IMG/VR virus record: IMGVR_UViG_3300032163_001294 | Location: 1 to 35,760 of that record | DNA length: 35,760 bases | Origin: a virus | Taxonomy: Duplodnaviria > Caudoviricetes | Reading direction: 5' to 3' (one strand) | Shown here: positions 8,456-18,685 of the stretch, in pieces | Layout: each line of letters opens with the position of its first letter | How positions within the stretch are numbered: position 1 is the stretch's first letter | Position numbers and translations under genes: made by a program | The notes under the pieces: model-generated | The model's database searches: none | Told to the model about the DNA's origin: nothing | Seen by the model: only the letters and a program-made list of their open reading frames with translations

Positions 8456-9848
8456 ACGGGAAGACCGAATCGAACTGGCGGAACTGCTGGACGAGAAAGA
8501 CCGCCGCGTTCGACAGAATGCGCTCGCCAATTTCATCCCCTACTCCTGGCAAAAGAAATTCTTTAGCCTGGGGACAAACAAACCACAACGACTGCTCATG
8601 GCCGCAAATCGGGTGGGGAAAACGTTTTGTGGCGCGGTGGAGATGGCGTATCACCTGACGGGTCGATACCCGGATTGGTGGACGGGGCGGAGGTTCACCC
8701 GAGCGATCCAGGCGTGGGCCGGGTCGAACACGGCGGAGACCACCAGGGATGGGGCGCAAAAAACGCTTTTTGGCGATCCGGGGAACCCCGCCGAGTTAGG
8801 GACGGGGACGGTTCCCAGAAAATATATCGGCTATACCCCAAAACGTCACGGGGTGGACGGGGCGTTAGCGTTCGTCTTGGTAAAACATTTAAGCGGGTCT
8901 TGGAGCAAAATACAATTCAAAAGCTACGATCAGGGCCGGGAGAAGTGGCAGGTGGCGGGGGTGGACGCGATCTGGTTCGACGAAGAGCCGCCTGACGATA
9001 TCTATGGGGAGGGGATCACCCGGACGTTGGACCTGCAAGGGTTGACGATTCTGACGTTCACGCCGCTCAAGGGGATGTCGGACGTTGTCCGGCGGTATAT
9101 CGACCAGAACTCAAAGGCCACCGGCCAGGCGGTGGTGAACGCCACCTGGACGGATGCGCCGCACTTGGACGCGAAAACGCAAAAAGAACTTCTCGAATCC
9201 ATCCCGTTATACCAGAGGGAGGCGCGGAGCAAAGGCATACCAGCGCTCGGGGCCGGGAAAATCTACCCGGTGACCGAAGAGAATTTTTTAATCAACCCCA
9301 TCGAAATTCCCAAACATTGGCCCCGGCTGTTTGCCTTGGACGTGGGGTGGAGACGCACCGCCGGGATTTGGGGGGCGCACGACCGGGAAACGGACACGAT
9401 CTATCTCTACTCCGAGCATTACCGGGGGGAAGCGGAAGTCCCTATCCACGCCAGCGCGATCAAGGGGCGGGGCGCGTGGATTCCCGGCGTGATCGATCCC
9501 GCCGCGAACGGGCGGAGCGTGGCGGACGGCGAGGCGGTGAGAAATCTGTACGAATCCGAAGGGCTGACACTGAAATCGGCGATCAACACCGTGGAGGCTG
9601 GGATATTCGAGGTTTGGAAACGGCTTTCTACTGGGCGGATGAAAGTTTTTAAATCCTTGCCCAACTGGTTGAACGAGTTCCGGCTATACCATCGTGACGA
9701 AAAAGGGCGGGTGGTGAAAAAAGACGATCACCTGATGGACGCGAGCCGGTACCTGGTGATGGGAATAAGGGGGGCGGTGGTAGAACCGTTCGGCGCCCAG
9801 GCCCTTTCGGCGGCGCCGGAACCGGACAAAGACGGGTTTTATTGGTGA
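8436..9848 (+). CDS. terL: Terminase large subunit (P22 gp2-like)
   Basis: Walker A MAANRVGKT, Walker B WFDEEPP, LTFTP, nuclease ALDVGW and DDHLMDASRY. Confidence 0.95.
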   Translation: MGNAVAEREDRIELAELLDEKDRRVRQNALANFIPYSWQKKFFSLGTNKPQRLLMAANRVGKTFCGAVEMAYHLTGRYPDWWTGRRFTRAIQAWAGSNTAETTRDGAQKTLFGDPGNPAELGTGTVPRKYIGYTPKRHGVDGALAFVLVKHLSGSWSKIQFKSYDQGREKWQVAGVDAIWFDEEPPDDIYGEGITRTLDLQGLTILTFTPLKGMSDVVRRYIDQNSKATGQAVVNATWTDAPHLDAKTQKELLESIPLYQREARSKGIPALGAGKIYPVTEENFLINPIEIPKHWPRLFALDVGWRRTAGIWGAHDRETDTIYLYSEHYRGEAEVPIHASAIKGRGAWIPGVIDPAANGRSVADGEAVRNLYESEGLTLKSAINTVEAGIFEVWKRLSTGRMKVFKSLPNWLNEFRLYHRDEKGRVVKKDDHLMDASRYLVMGIRGAVVEPFGAQALSAAPEPDKDGFYW

Positions 9849-9851
9849 TCC

Positions 9852-11903
9852 ATGGCTAACCCAACTAACACGTTAATTGGCGCGGGTGGGGCGATATCCG
9901 CGCATATGTTGGGGCTATACAGCCGATGGGAGTCGGCGAGGAAACCGCACGAGCAGGCCCTGCTTGACTGCTACGCCGATTATATGAGGATAGCCAGGGA
10001 CGACGACACGCGGGGAAGTGGGGCCGCCAAGAGCCGGAAGGCCCGAGGCGTTTTCGTGGGGTCCACCCGGAACAAAATCCGGAGCGCGGTGGCCAAGATT
10101 TTCGACGCGCTATTTGGCAATGGGGAAAAACTCCCGTTTGACACCACGCCGGAGAAGGAGGAGTTTGCCCATTTCGCCGAGGCGATGGAAAAAGTTTTAC
10201 GATGGCTGCTCATTCGAGGTGGGTTCACCAAGGCGTTGAGGAAAACCATTCAAAGCATGGCCATTTACGGTACGGGGTTTTTGTGCGGGCCGTTTGTACG
10301 GATGAGACGAGCCAACAACACCACGTTGGGGGAAGGCGGGACATTACAAAACGTGCCGTTGGAATATGCGGAACCATATTACGAGCATGTCCGGACGTTG
10401 GACGTTTACCCCGATCCGGAAGCAAAGTGCCTGCAACGGGGTGACGGGGTGTTTCTTGTCTCTTGGATCAGCCCGAACTCGGCGGAGTTCGAGGGATGGG
10501 AAGGCGATCCGGCTTACAGGAACATCGACGAGGTGAAACGGCTGAACACGTTGCGGCGAAGTGAGGGGTCGAGGCTGGCGGACGATCTACGGGCGATTGT
10601 CCAACGGCATTTCAATAACGAGGGGAACGCCAGGGTTTGCAAATATTTCGGGGTGTTGCCGCGAACGCTACTGGATGAATGGGAAAAAGACGGGCCGCCA
10701 GCCGAACCGGACGGAGACACGGCCGGGCACGAGAAGGGGGAGACCCCCAAGACGGAGGCTACTGAAGACGGGGCCGCCGCCGACGAGGGCGCCGAGGGAA
10801 AAACCCACGAGGATCAGGAGACTCCAGAGATCGAGGCAACCGAAGACGAGATGGTGGAAGCGTTTGTGGTGATAGTTGGCGGAGTTGTGGTGCGAGCCAA
10901 CAAGTCCGAGTTTTACCGCAGGCCGGTTTTCCGGGGGCTTTATGAGGAGGGGGATGACGAGTTCTGGGGGGTGGGGATCGCCGAGAACAACAAACCCCAC
11001 CAGAAGCTGATTAACGCCGCGTTCCGTTTGTTCGTAGAGGGGAAGGGGTTGGCGTTGAACCCGCCGATCTCGATCAACAGGCGGTATTTCGAGAACCAGG
11101 AGGATTTTAAAGTCGGGCCTGGGAAGGTGTGGAATTTTAAACAGAACGCCACGCCGGAGGAGATGAAGTCCGCGTTGCAGGTGCACCTCATGCCGGACGT
11201 ATCGGACGGGTGGGAGAAAATCATCGATATCAGCGAACGGTTCTCCGACGACGACACGTCGATCTCCAAATACTCCCAGGGAAACGACGCGCGGCACCTT
11301 AACGATACGGCCACGGGTATCAGCATGATTATGAACGCGGGGTCATTGCCGCTAAAGCAAGTGTTGATGAATATCGACGGGACGTTGATTGAGCCCTGTA
11401 TCGAAGACACGTTGAAATGGGCGTTGGACTATCTGGATCCGCGAATCGTGGGGATGGTGTTGGGCGCCAAAACGGGGGAGATATGGGCCGCGATCCAGAA
11501 GGGGTACCGGGATTTCGGAGGAATCGATTATGTCCAGTGGCGAGCCACCGGGGCGAAAACCCTAATGGCGAAAGAGGTCCTTTTGAACAAGCTCCAGGGG
11601 TTTTTGGGGGTGGTGGCCGCGAATCCCCAGTTGGCCCAGATGGTGGATATGCGCGAACTGGTGGAACAGATATGGAACGCCGCCGACGTTGGGCTGACCA
11701 GCCCGGTTTACACGCAGGAAGACCTGGCCGAGATGGCGCAGATGGCCCAGCAGGGGGCGGGAGTACCGGGGGGGATGGGAGGGATGCCCGGACAACCTGG
11801 AATGACTCCCAACCCAGCCGAAGGGCCGGGCATGGTAGCGCCGATGAATCAGGGCGGGGGCGTGGCTCAACCTGGTGGGCCGGGAGGGCCGATTGGAAAC
11901 TAA
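9852..11903 (+). CDS. Portal protein
   Basis: 683 aa, follows terL; FWGVGIAE, PGKVW and TATGISM motifs typical of podovirus portals. Confidence 0.85.
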   Translation: MANPTNTLIGAGGAISAHMLGLYSRWESARKPHEQALLDCYADYMRIARDDDTRGSGAAKSRKARGVFVGSTRNKIRSAVAKIFDALFGNGEKLPFDTTPEKEEFAHFAEAMEKVLRWLLIRGGFTKALRKTIQSMAIYGTGFLCGPFVRMRRANNTTLGEGGTLQNVPLEYAEPYYEHVRTLDVYPDPEAKCLQRGDGVFLVSWISPNSAEFEGWEGDPAYRNIDEVKRLNTLRRSEGSRLADDLRAIVQRHFNNEGNARVCKYFGVLPRTLLDEWEKDGPPAEPDGDTAGHEKGETPKTEATEDGAAADEGAEGKTHEDQETPEIEATEDEMVEAFVVIVGGVVVRANKSEFYRRPVFRGLYEEGDDEFWGVGIAENNKPHQKLINAAFRLFVEGKGLALNPPISINRRYFENQEDFKVGPGKVWNFKQNATPEEMKSALQVHLMPDVSDGWEKIIDISERFSDDDTSISKYSQGNDARHLNDTATGISMIMNAGSLPLKQVLMNIDGTLIEPCIEDTLKWALDYLDPRIVGMVLGAKTGEIWAAIQKGYRDFGGIDYVQWRATGAKTLMAKEVLLNKLQGFLGVVAANPQLAQMVDMRELVEQIWNAADVGLTSPVYTQEDLAEMAQMAQQGAGVPGGMGGMPGQPGMTPNPAEGPGMVAPMNQGGGVAQPGGPGGPIGN

Positions 11904-12138
11904 CCAGCTTAGGGAAAAGTATGGGCGGATCAAAGGAGCCATAGAGTCTCTGAAGGCCGAGATGGATGAACGCCGCGAGGATCATATAACGCGGCTGATA
12001 GAGATGGATAACGGCGAAACGCGGGGACGGATTAAGGAGTTGGATTATTTGGCCAGCCTCCCATCCGCGCTTTTCGCGGAAATAAACCAGTTCGAACTAT
12101 CCGAAAAGGATTCGAACGATGAGGGATTACCGGGATAA
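11893..12138 (+). CDS. Small hypothetical head-module protein
   Basis: TTG start after GGGAGG; lies between portal and scaffold. Confidence 0.6.
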   Translation: METNQLREKYGRIKGAIESLKAEMDERREDHITRLIEMDNGETRGRIKELDYLASLPSALFAEINQFELSEKDSNDEGLPG

Positions 12139-13012
12139 CCCCGGCCCCGGAGAAGGATCAATGGACAGAGAAGAGTTTCGGGAAAAGTACGATGAAGCGG
12201 AAAAGCTGATGGCCCAGGGGAAAACGCTGGATGAGGTTCTGTCGCTCCAGTCCACCGAACCGACTACCCCGCCAGAAGCGGGGACGGAAGATGCGGAGAA
12301 ACCGGAGGCGAAGCGGGCCGCCGAATCGGGGGAAGCCGATCCATCCACTACCGGGGAGGAACCCCCGGCGGACACGGAGAACGCCGAGATCGAGAGGCTC
12401 CGGGCGGATAACGCCCGGCTGGGGAAAATAGCGGCGGACAATCATCGGTTCGCCACCCAGAAGAGCCAAGAGACGGCGGCGGTGAAGAAACAGCTGAAGG
12501 AGGCGCTGGACAAGGCGGCGCCAAAACCGGCCGTATTGGATGAAGTGGAAGGTTTCGAGGAAGGGGTCGAGCATGTGTTCAGAAAAATGCGCGATTCCTC
12601 CGAGGAGGCCGAGACCGCCGGGACAGAGGAGACCAAACCCGTCCCGGAACCGGACGTTTACGCCAACTGGCAGGCCGGGGTGATCGAGACTCATCCAGAT
12701 TTTGCGGAGTTAAGTAAAAATCCGGAGTTCCGCGCCCGGATTCAACGTGTTCTGGACACGCAAGGTTCGCTACCGGAATTCACGGTTCAAGAGGTAAGCC
12801 GGTACAAAAGCGAGGTGGCGGGGAAACAGATGGCCGACGATAAGGCCAGAAAACTAAAGCTGGCGGCGATGAAAGTCCCCACCGGCGGGAAAGGAACGCC
12901 TCCCGGATCGAAGTCTACGAAATCCGAGGAGGACGAAATCAGAAAAATCGAAAGCATGACCCTGGAGGAGATCAGAGAGATGAGCCAACGGGTAGTCATG
13001 CACGGAGGATAA
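12119..13012 (+). CDS. Capsid scaffolding protein
   Basis: Acidic disordered N-terminus, coiled coil, HPDF motif; directly upstream of the capsid gene. Confidence 0.75.
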   Translation: MRDYRDNPGPGEGSMDREEFREKYDEAEKLMAQGKTLDEVLSLQSTEPTTPPEAGTEDAEKPEAKRAAESGEADPSTTGEEPPADTENAEIERLRADNARLGKIAADNHRFATQKSQETAAVKKQLKEALDKAAPKPAVLDEVEGFEEGVEHVFRKMRDSSEEAETAGTEETKPVPEPDVYANWQAGVIETHPDFAELSKNPEFRARIQRVLDTQGSLPEFTVQEVSRYKSEVAGKQMADDKARKLKLAAMKVPTGGKGTPPGSKSTKSEEDEIRKIESMTLEEIREMSQRVVMHGG

Positions 13013-13021
13013 GGAAAGTAA

Positions 13022-14014
13022 ATGGGTAATACCACAATTTCAGAGGTAGCCCCGGCTACCCAGGTGTTCTATGACAAAAATCTGCTTGCCCGCGCCCTGC
13101 CGGCGTTGGTGTTTGGCAGGTTCGGCCAGCAGAGGTCAATCAAACAGAGAAGCGGCAACCAGATCAAATTCCGCCGGTACAGCGCGTTGGCCGTGGCCAC
13201 CACGGCGTTGACCGAGGGGGCCACCCCCGCTGGGAAGCAATTAGCCGTCACGGACATCACCGCCACGTTGGCGCAGTATGGGGATTTTGTGACGTTGACC
13301 GATTTTGTCCAGCTGGTGAACCAGGACCCGGTTCTCACCGAGGCGGGGAACATCCTGGGGGAACAGGCCGGGCAGACCGTCGACGAGATAATCAGGGATA
13401 TTCTGGTGGCCGGGACAAACGTTGTTTACGCCAACGGGGCCGCCCGGAACGCCGTGAACACCGCCATCAGCGCGTCCGCCCTGAAAACCGTGATTCGCGC
13501 CCTGAACCGGCAGAACGCCAAACACGTCAAAGGGCAGTTGAACGCCTCGACGGGGATCGGGACGTCGCCAATAAGGCCGGGGTACATCGCCGTTATCCAT
13601 CCGGACAACCTGGCCGACCTGGAGGGGGTGACGGGCTACAAGTCCGTTTCCGATTACCCCAACCAGAGCGGAGTGATGGAAGACGAAGTGGGGGCGTTTA
13701 TGAACGTTCGGTTCGTCATGTCCACCAAAGTCAAGGTCTGGGCGGATGGCGGCGGCGCCAAAGGGGCGATGATCTCCACCACGGGGACCAGCGCCGACGT
13801 GTACGGGGTTTTGATTTTCGCCGAAGACGCCTATGGCGTGGTGCCGTTGGCCGGTGAAGCGATGCGGAACATCGTCAAAGCCCTGGGGTCCGCCGGTACG
13901 GCCGATCCGCTGGAGCAGAGAGCCACTAGCGGATGGAAAGCGACGACCACCGCGAAAATCCTGAACGATAACTGGATGGTCCGCCTGGAATGCGCCGCCA
14001 CGCTGACACTGTAA
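13022..14014 (+). CDS. Major capsid protein, N4-gp56 family
   Basis: IKFRRY, LTEGATP, QYGDF, IHPD, EVG, DPLEQRATSGWK and W-M-x-R-x-E motifs. Confidence 0.93.
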   Translation: MGNTTISEVAPATQVFYDKNLLARALPALVFGRFGQQRSIKQRSGNQIKFRRYSALAVATTALTEGATPAGKQLAVTDITATLAQYGDFVTLTDFVQLVNQDPVLTEAGNILGEQAGQTVDEIIRDILVAGTNVVYANGAARNAVNTAISASALKTVIRALNRQNAKHVKGQLNASTGIGTSPIRPGYIAVIHPDNLADLEGVTGYKSVSDYPNQSGVMEDEVGAFMNVRFVMSTKVKVWADGGGAKGAMISTTGTSADVYGVLIFAEDAYGVVPLAGEAMRNIVKALGSAGTADPLEQRATSGWKATTTAKILNDNWMVRLECAATLTL

Positions 14015-14024
14015 ACCTAAACCT

Positions 14025-14047
14025 GGGGGAGGGTTTCCCCCTCCCCC
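14025..14047. terminator. GC-rich hairpin after the capsid gene
   Basis: GGGGGAGGG-TTTCC-CCCTCCCCC; no U-tract, so it may be a stability hairpin. Confidence 0.45.
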
Positions 14048-14066
14048 GCTACGAAAGGAAAACAAA

Positions 14067-14444
14067 ATGGGAAGACCAAGGAAAAACGGAGAGATCGAAC
14101 CCTCCGGTCCGGAAGATGAGAAGGCCCCGCAAGACGCGGGCGGGGGCGCGTTTGACCTGAACGCCGAGAAACGGGCCGCCTCTGGGGAGATACAGCACAG
14201 AATCCGGATTCACCGGACGGAGACGGAGACCGGCGACGTTGACCTGATCGTTAACGGGCACAACCTCCGAATCCAACGGGAGAAAGAAGTCGTGATCGCC
14301 GAACGGTACCTGCACGTTCTGCAAAACGCTATTTCGGAAACGTTTGAGACGAAATTCGAAATGCGCGGCGGCTTGGAAGTGGCCGTGACCGTCCCAGTGG
14401 TCCGCCGCAGGTTCTCGTATGACTATTTAGGCGCCGTAGCGTGA
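14067..14444 (+). CDS. Hypothetical virion-associated protein
   Basis: AAAGGA RBS; VNG...IQR...V.I...LHVL pattern of proteins that follow N4-gp56-type capsids. Confidence 0.7.
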   Translation: MGRPRKNGEIEPSGPEDEKAPQDAGGGAFDLNAEKRAASGEIQHRIRIHRTETETGDVDLIVNGHNLRIQREKEVVIAERYLHVLQNAISETFETKFEMRGGLEVAVTVPVVRRRFSYDYLGAVA

Positions 14445-15064
14445 AACGGGAAGAAATCCTGGCCGGGGCGTTGCGGGAATTGGGGGTTTTGGCCGTTGGG
14501 GAAACGGCCTCCGCCGAAGACACGGCGGCGGCGGCGGCGGCGTTGGACGCGGTACTTGACGAGCTAACGGATATTGGCCATTTATGGAGCCAGGAGAGGC
14601 AGGCCGACGTGGACTACACGGCGGGAAACACGGTGGACTTGTCCTCTTATGGGGGAATCCATACCGTCAGGCTGTTGTTGGACGGCGCCAAGGAAGCCCT
14701 TATTACGCGCGACATGGAAAAGGTGTGGATCGACGTGGTGGACAAAACCACCCCCGGGACTCCCACCAGGATTTACGTCGATTCCCAGGGGATCGGGCAT
14801 TTTTACCCGGTTCCCTCGGCCAACGGGTCGATCAGGATTTATTACAACAGGGCGATCCCCGCGTCCTCCGCCGCGACGGCGCCGGATATCCCCCTCAGAT
14901 GGGGGCGGGTGTTGCAGATCGGCGTGGCGGTTGACCTGGCTCCCAGTTACGGAGTCCCCATAAACGACCGGATGGACCTGGAACGGCGGTGGAGAGAGAA
15001 ACGGGCGGAGCTTATGGCCGTGGACGTACCGGCCGGCCCCGCATACGTGGAGGTGGATGAATAA
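14441..15064 (+). CDS. Head-tail adaptor (P22 gp4-like)
   Basis: ALRELGVLAVGETASAED N-terminus, FYPVP and AVDLAPSYG motifs. Confidence 0.75.
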   Translation: MKREEILAGALRELGVLAVGETASAEDTAAAAAALDAVLDELTDIGHLWSQERQADVDYTAGNTVDLSSYGGIHTVRLLLDGAKEALITRDMEKVWIDVVDKTTPGTPTRIYVDSQGIGHFYPVPSANGSIRIYYNRAIPASSAATAPDIPLRWGRVLQIGVAVDLAPSYGVPINDRMDLERRWREKRAELMAVDVPAGPAYVEVDE

Positions 15065-16845
15065 TGAGGACAACGAGATGGGCGTTTATTATTTTCGCGG
15101 CGTTCGCCGTTTGCGCGGCCAGCGCGGCCCAGCTTTATCCCGCGCCGGTGTTCCATTGGCACAAAATTGACGGGACGCCCGCCTCCGGCTGGAAGGTGTA
15201 CACATACGAGGCGGGAACCACCACCCCCAAAGACTCCTACTCGGACTCCAGCCAGACGGTCCCGAACACGAATCCCGTCATCCTCAACAGCCGGGGCGAG
15301 GCGGATATATATTTCAACGGAGCGTATAAGATCGTCATAAAAGACGTCGTGGACGTTGTCCAAGACACCATAGATAATTTCGGAGCAGGGGTCACCGGCA
15401 CGGCCGGGGCGGACAACACCAACCTTATCACCAACGGATCGTTCGAACTAGACGAGGATTCGGACGGGGTAGCCGATGGCTGGTTGCGGACGGTTTACAC
15501 CGGAGGATTGGGTGAACTGGCGACCAACGACCAGTACCACGGGGCAAAATCCTTAAAATGCGTTTCCATTGGAAATGGCGGATGCCGCTATGTGATGGAA
15601 GGGTATATAGAAGCTTCCCCAGGCCAGCGGTACCAGGTGGATTTCCAGTCAAAATCCTCCGTCGCGGACATAAGAAACGTGGTGAACGTCAAATGGTACG
15701 ACGCCGCGAAAGTGTACATTTCTGATTCCGTGATTACCGATAATTCCACGACTAACCCCACCAGCTGGACGCTGACAACCGCGTATGTCACGCCGCCATC
15801 CACGGCGCGGTACGCCAAGGTGGAGTTATTCGGCGCCCATTCCAGCGACGCCACTGTTGGCACGGCTTGGTATGACGACGTCCGGATGGTCCCGGACCTG
15901 AGCAAACCCGAATATTTGGACGACAGGGGAGCCCCCGAAATATCGGGCCTTCTGCTGGTCAACGACTCCACTTCGCCCAACTCAAAAATCACAATCACGG
16001 CGGACGTGTTGAGCGTTTTATCCGCCACGCTATATCATAAACGGCTGGCCAACGTGTCTCTAACGGCGGATATAACCGTCACCGGAGCCGGAGGCCGCGA
16101 TATCTCCGCCGCCGAGGCGAACTCGGCCTGGTACGAGGTATGGGTGATGGCCAAAGAGGACGGGACGCAAACCTCCGTCCTGAAGTTGGCCAGCATAAAA
16201 TCCGCCACGACTTCTTTTGCCGCAAACAAGTTGAACGACTCTGGAGCTACGTTTATAACCAAACAGGTGGCGGTGGGCGATCTGGTGAGCAACGACACCA
16301 ATGGCACGTCCACCACCGTCACCGCGATAGACGCGGAAACCCAGCTGACCCTTGCGGCGGACATATTCACGGCCTCCCCCAAAAATTACAGGGTGTTCTT
16401 GAACCGCGCCCCCACGTTCCCGTCGGGCTACATTTACAAAACGTTCGTTGGATATGGGTATAACGACGCCTCGGGGAATTTGCGCAACACAACTCAAATT
16501 GGAACTACGGCCCGGTACGACGAGCAGGTAATCGACGCCAGCGCCCTCGCGCCATCAACCACGTGGACAACCGTAATTTTATCGACCCCCCCTAAAGCGC
16601 GGCGGGTGTTTATGACCGCGCTTGAGATCGCCGGGGACGCGGCTAACGCCACGAGCCAATGGCGAACGAAAGGGAGCGCCTCCACTATTGGGCACTACAT
16701 GACCAACGTCGTGAATTCGGGCGCGCGCGAGGTAAACTCATTTATGGCGTTAACCGATACGTACCAACGAGTGGAGGTTAATTTTAATTTAGCCACCGTG
16801 AGCGTAATATATTTATACACAGACGGTTATATCCTCAATCAATAA
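15064..16845 (+). CDS. Tail fibre/spike with carbohydrate-binding-like domain
   Basis: Virion-attachment N-domain (KVYTYEAGTTTPK...NTNPVILNSRGEA), CBM-like NLITNGSFE...WYDDV domain, beta-rich C-terminus. Confidence 0.8.
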   Translation: MRTTRWAFIIFAAFAVCAASAAQLYPAPVFHWHKIDGTPASGWKVYTYEAGTTTPKDSYSDSSQTVPNTNPVILNSRGEADIYFNGAYKIVIKDVVDVVQDTIDNFGAGVTGTAGADNTNLITNGSFELDEDSDGVADGWLRTVYTGGLGELATNDQYHGAKSLKCVSIGNGGCRYVMEGYIEASPGQRYQVDFQSKSSVADIRNVVNVKWYDAAKVYISDSVITDNSTTNPTSWTLTTAYVTPPSTARYAKVELFGAHSSDATVGTAWYDDVRMVPDLSKPEYLDDRGAPEISGLLLVNDSTSPNSKITITADVLSVLSATLYHKRLANVSLTADITVTGAGGRDISAAEANSAWYEVWVMAKEDGTQTSVLKLASIKSATTSFAANKLNDSGATFITKQVAVGDLVSNDTNGTSTTVTAIDAETQLTLAADIFTASPKNYRVFLNRAPTFPSGYIYKTFVGYGYNDASGNLRNTTQIGTTARYDEQVIDASALAPSTTWTTVILSTPPKARRVFMTALEIAGDAANATSQWRTKGSASTIGHYMTNVVNSGAREVNSFMALTDTYQRVEVNFNLATVSVIYLYTDGYILNQ

Positions 16846-16854
16846 GGAGATGAT

Positions 16855-17274
16855 ATGAACTGTGTAATTAATATAACCACCGGCGAGGTGGTGGACGGCC
16901 CCGCCAACAGCCCGTTTGAGAGGTTTAGCCTCCAGGCGGGATACAGGGTTGTCCCGGCCGAGGGCTTCATCCCGCCGGACCGGCGCAAATGGCGGGGCAA
17001 CACCGCCAGGGATGGCGTGGAACTCCGCCCCCAGGCGGAGATCGACGCGATTGACTCCAACGACGCGGCTGTCCTCGCCCGCCCGGCGAACGCCCTGGCC
17101 GCCATCAGGAATCAGCTGGCCGCGTTACTGGGGGAAACCGACGCGGGGACCATGGCCAGAACCCAGGCTATCGCCAACCTGGCGGGGGTAACGCAGGAGT
17201 TGGGGCGGATCGAGGTGTTACTCAAGAGAATAGTGGTGATCCTCCGGCAAGGGATCATCGAGGACGTACAATAA
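16855..17274 (+). CDS. Hypothetical protein, possibly a tail-fibre chaperone
   Basis: AAGGAG RBS; follows the fibre gene. Confidence 0.65.
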   Translation: MNCVINITTGEVVDGPANSPFERFSLQAGYRVVPAEGFIPPDRRKWRGNTARDGVELRPQAEIDAIDSNDAAVLARPANALAAIRNQLAALLGETDAGTMARTQAIANLAGVTQELGRIEVLLKRIVVILRQGIIEDVQ

Positions 17275-17294
17275 TTAACGCTGGAGAGAATATC

Positions 17295-17549
17295 ATGTTC
17301 GAGTTAATCAGAACCATAATGACGTTGAACAGCTTTTTGAGCGGGTACAAAACGTACATATCCGCGTTTTTTCTTTTCGTCACGGCGTTCGCCGGATGGG
17401 GAACCGGGGTGTTCCTGGTCTGGGTCAACGGTGACATATCCATGCTGGTCATGATCCAGCAGTCCGCGCCGTACTTCGCGCAGATGGCCGCCGCGTTCGT
17501 GGCTTCCGGCCTAAGAGTGGCCATTGACGAGATAGAAGGGGGCAAATGA
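17295..17549 (+). CDS. Putative holin
   Basis: 84 aa, two hydrophobic segments, LSGYKTYI...GLR pattern, charged C-terminus. Confidence 0.6.
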   Translation: MFELIRTIMTLNSFLSGYKTYISAFFLFVTAFAGWGTGVFLVWVNGDISMLVMIQQSAPYFAQMAAAFVASGLRVAIDEIEGGK

Positions 17550-18436
17550 ATATGAGTCGTTTCACCACCTGGATCAGGCGCTACCCTCCTCCAATCAAAC
17601 CGTACCGTTCCCCCGCTTGGAAGGCGTCGGTATGGACGGCATGGACGCTGTTCGTCTTCGCCTTGATTATCGTGTTGGCCTGGAGTCTCTCCTCCTGCGA
17701 TTTTGTGGCGAATACCATCGGCCCGCTCATATCCCAAGCCCAGAAAGACGAGGCGGCCTGTAAAGCCGCAGGAGGCGCGTATATCCTGGACAAGGGTTGC
17801 GTTATGCCCAAGCCCACGCCTGGCCCTGGCGCCCCCAAGCCGGCCCCGGAACCGACCCCCAACCCAGGAGCGCCTCCTTCTCCCGGCCCGGTTCCGGAGC
17901 CGAAACCTGCTCCCGCCCCTTCCGGTCCCGGAATCCTTATCCCCGTGGGGGAATATTACGAGTTCACACCCGGCGGCCCGCTGGAAGGGACGGTGACGTT
18001 CACCGTCCGGGGACTGGACGGGGGCGCGTTTCCTCGCCAGGATGGTTGGCTTTTCGGCTTGATGGGCCGGGCGCCGGGCGGGGCGGAGAGCAACCTTCAG
18101 TCGCACATCTATTATAACGAAGGGGGGAACGACGCGCAGATCCGGTTTATCGCACAACGGCACGACGGGACATGCGCCCCGAAACGGTTCTGCGAACGGC
18201 CGGACGTAAAGGGGGACATGGCTTTCGATCCGGGCAAAGCATACACTTTTAATATAACGTGGGATAACGTGTCGGCCAGGATGGTAATGCTGGACGGACC
18301 CACCCAGGTAGCCCAATGGGTGACGACCACGTTTGGCGGGTACGCATCCATCGAGTGGGTGCGGATAGGGGCCGCGTTCCCCGGCAAAGCCGGGCATATG
18401 GCGCCGATAACCATTACGGCGATGGAATGGAAATGA
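17546..18436 (+). CDS. Membrane-anchored/lipoprotein with Pro-rich linker and beta-rich domain
   Basis: Hydrophobic segment ending LSSC (lipobox-like), PKP/PEP repeats. Confidence 0.65.
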   Translation: MNMSRFTTWIRRYPPPIKPYRSPAWKASVWTAWTLFVFALIIVLAWSLSSCDFVANTIGPLISQAQKDEAACKAAGGAYILDKGCVMPKPTPGPGAPKPAPEPTPNPGAPPSPGPVPEPKPAPAPSGPGILIPVGEYYEFTPGGPLEGTVTFTVRGLDGGAFPRQDGWLFGLMGRAPGGAESNLQSHIYYNEGGNDAQIRFIAQRHDGTCAPKRFCERPDVKGDMAFDPGKAYTFNITWDNVSARMVMLDGPTQVAQWVTTTFGGYASIEWVRIGAAFPGKAGHMAPITITAMEWK

Positions 18437-18678
18437 GCGATGACCGGATATTTACGTTGCTCGACGCATTGCGCGAACGGCAGGAAGCCGCCAACGTCTC
18501 CCAGGCGGAACATAACGCCATAGTCCGGGGGATCGTGGAGAGCCATCAGCGGCTGGAAGTGCGGGTGGGGGTCGTGGAACGGGAACACGCCGCGTTGGGA
18601 TGGAAAGTGGTCTCGGCGCTACTGGCGGCCGGGGCGTCCGTTGTAGGGTGGACGGTATCCTTCGTCCGGGGGCATTAG
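18433..18678 (+). CDS. Small coiled-coil protein with C-terminal TM helix (lysis module)
   Basis: ATGA overlap at 18433; C-terminal hydrophobic helix; directly upstream of the endolysin. Confidence 0.6.
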   Translation: MSDDRIFTLLDALRERQEAANVSQAEHNAIVRGIVESHQRLEVRVGVVEREHAALGWKVVSALLAAGASVVGWTVSFVRGH

Positions 18679-18685
18679 GCTATCT

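Noticed and set aside
15064-16845. Diversity-generating retroelement or invertible tail-fibre system
   Set aside because: No reverse transcriptase or invertase gene, and no template/variable repeat pair seen
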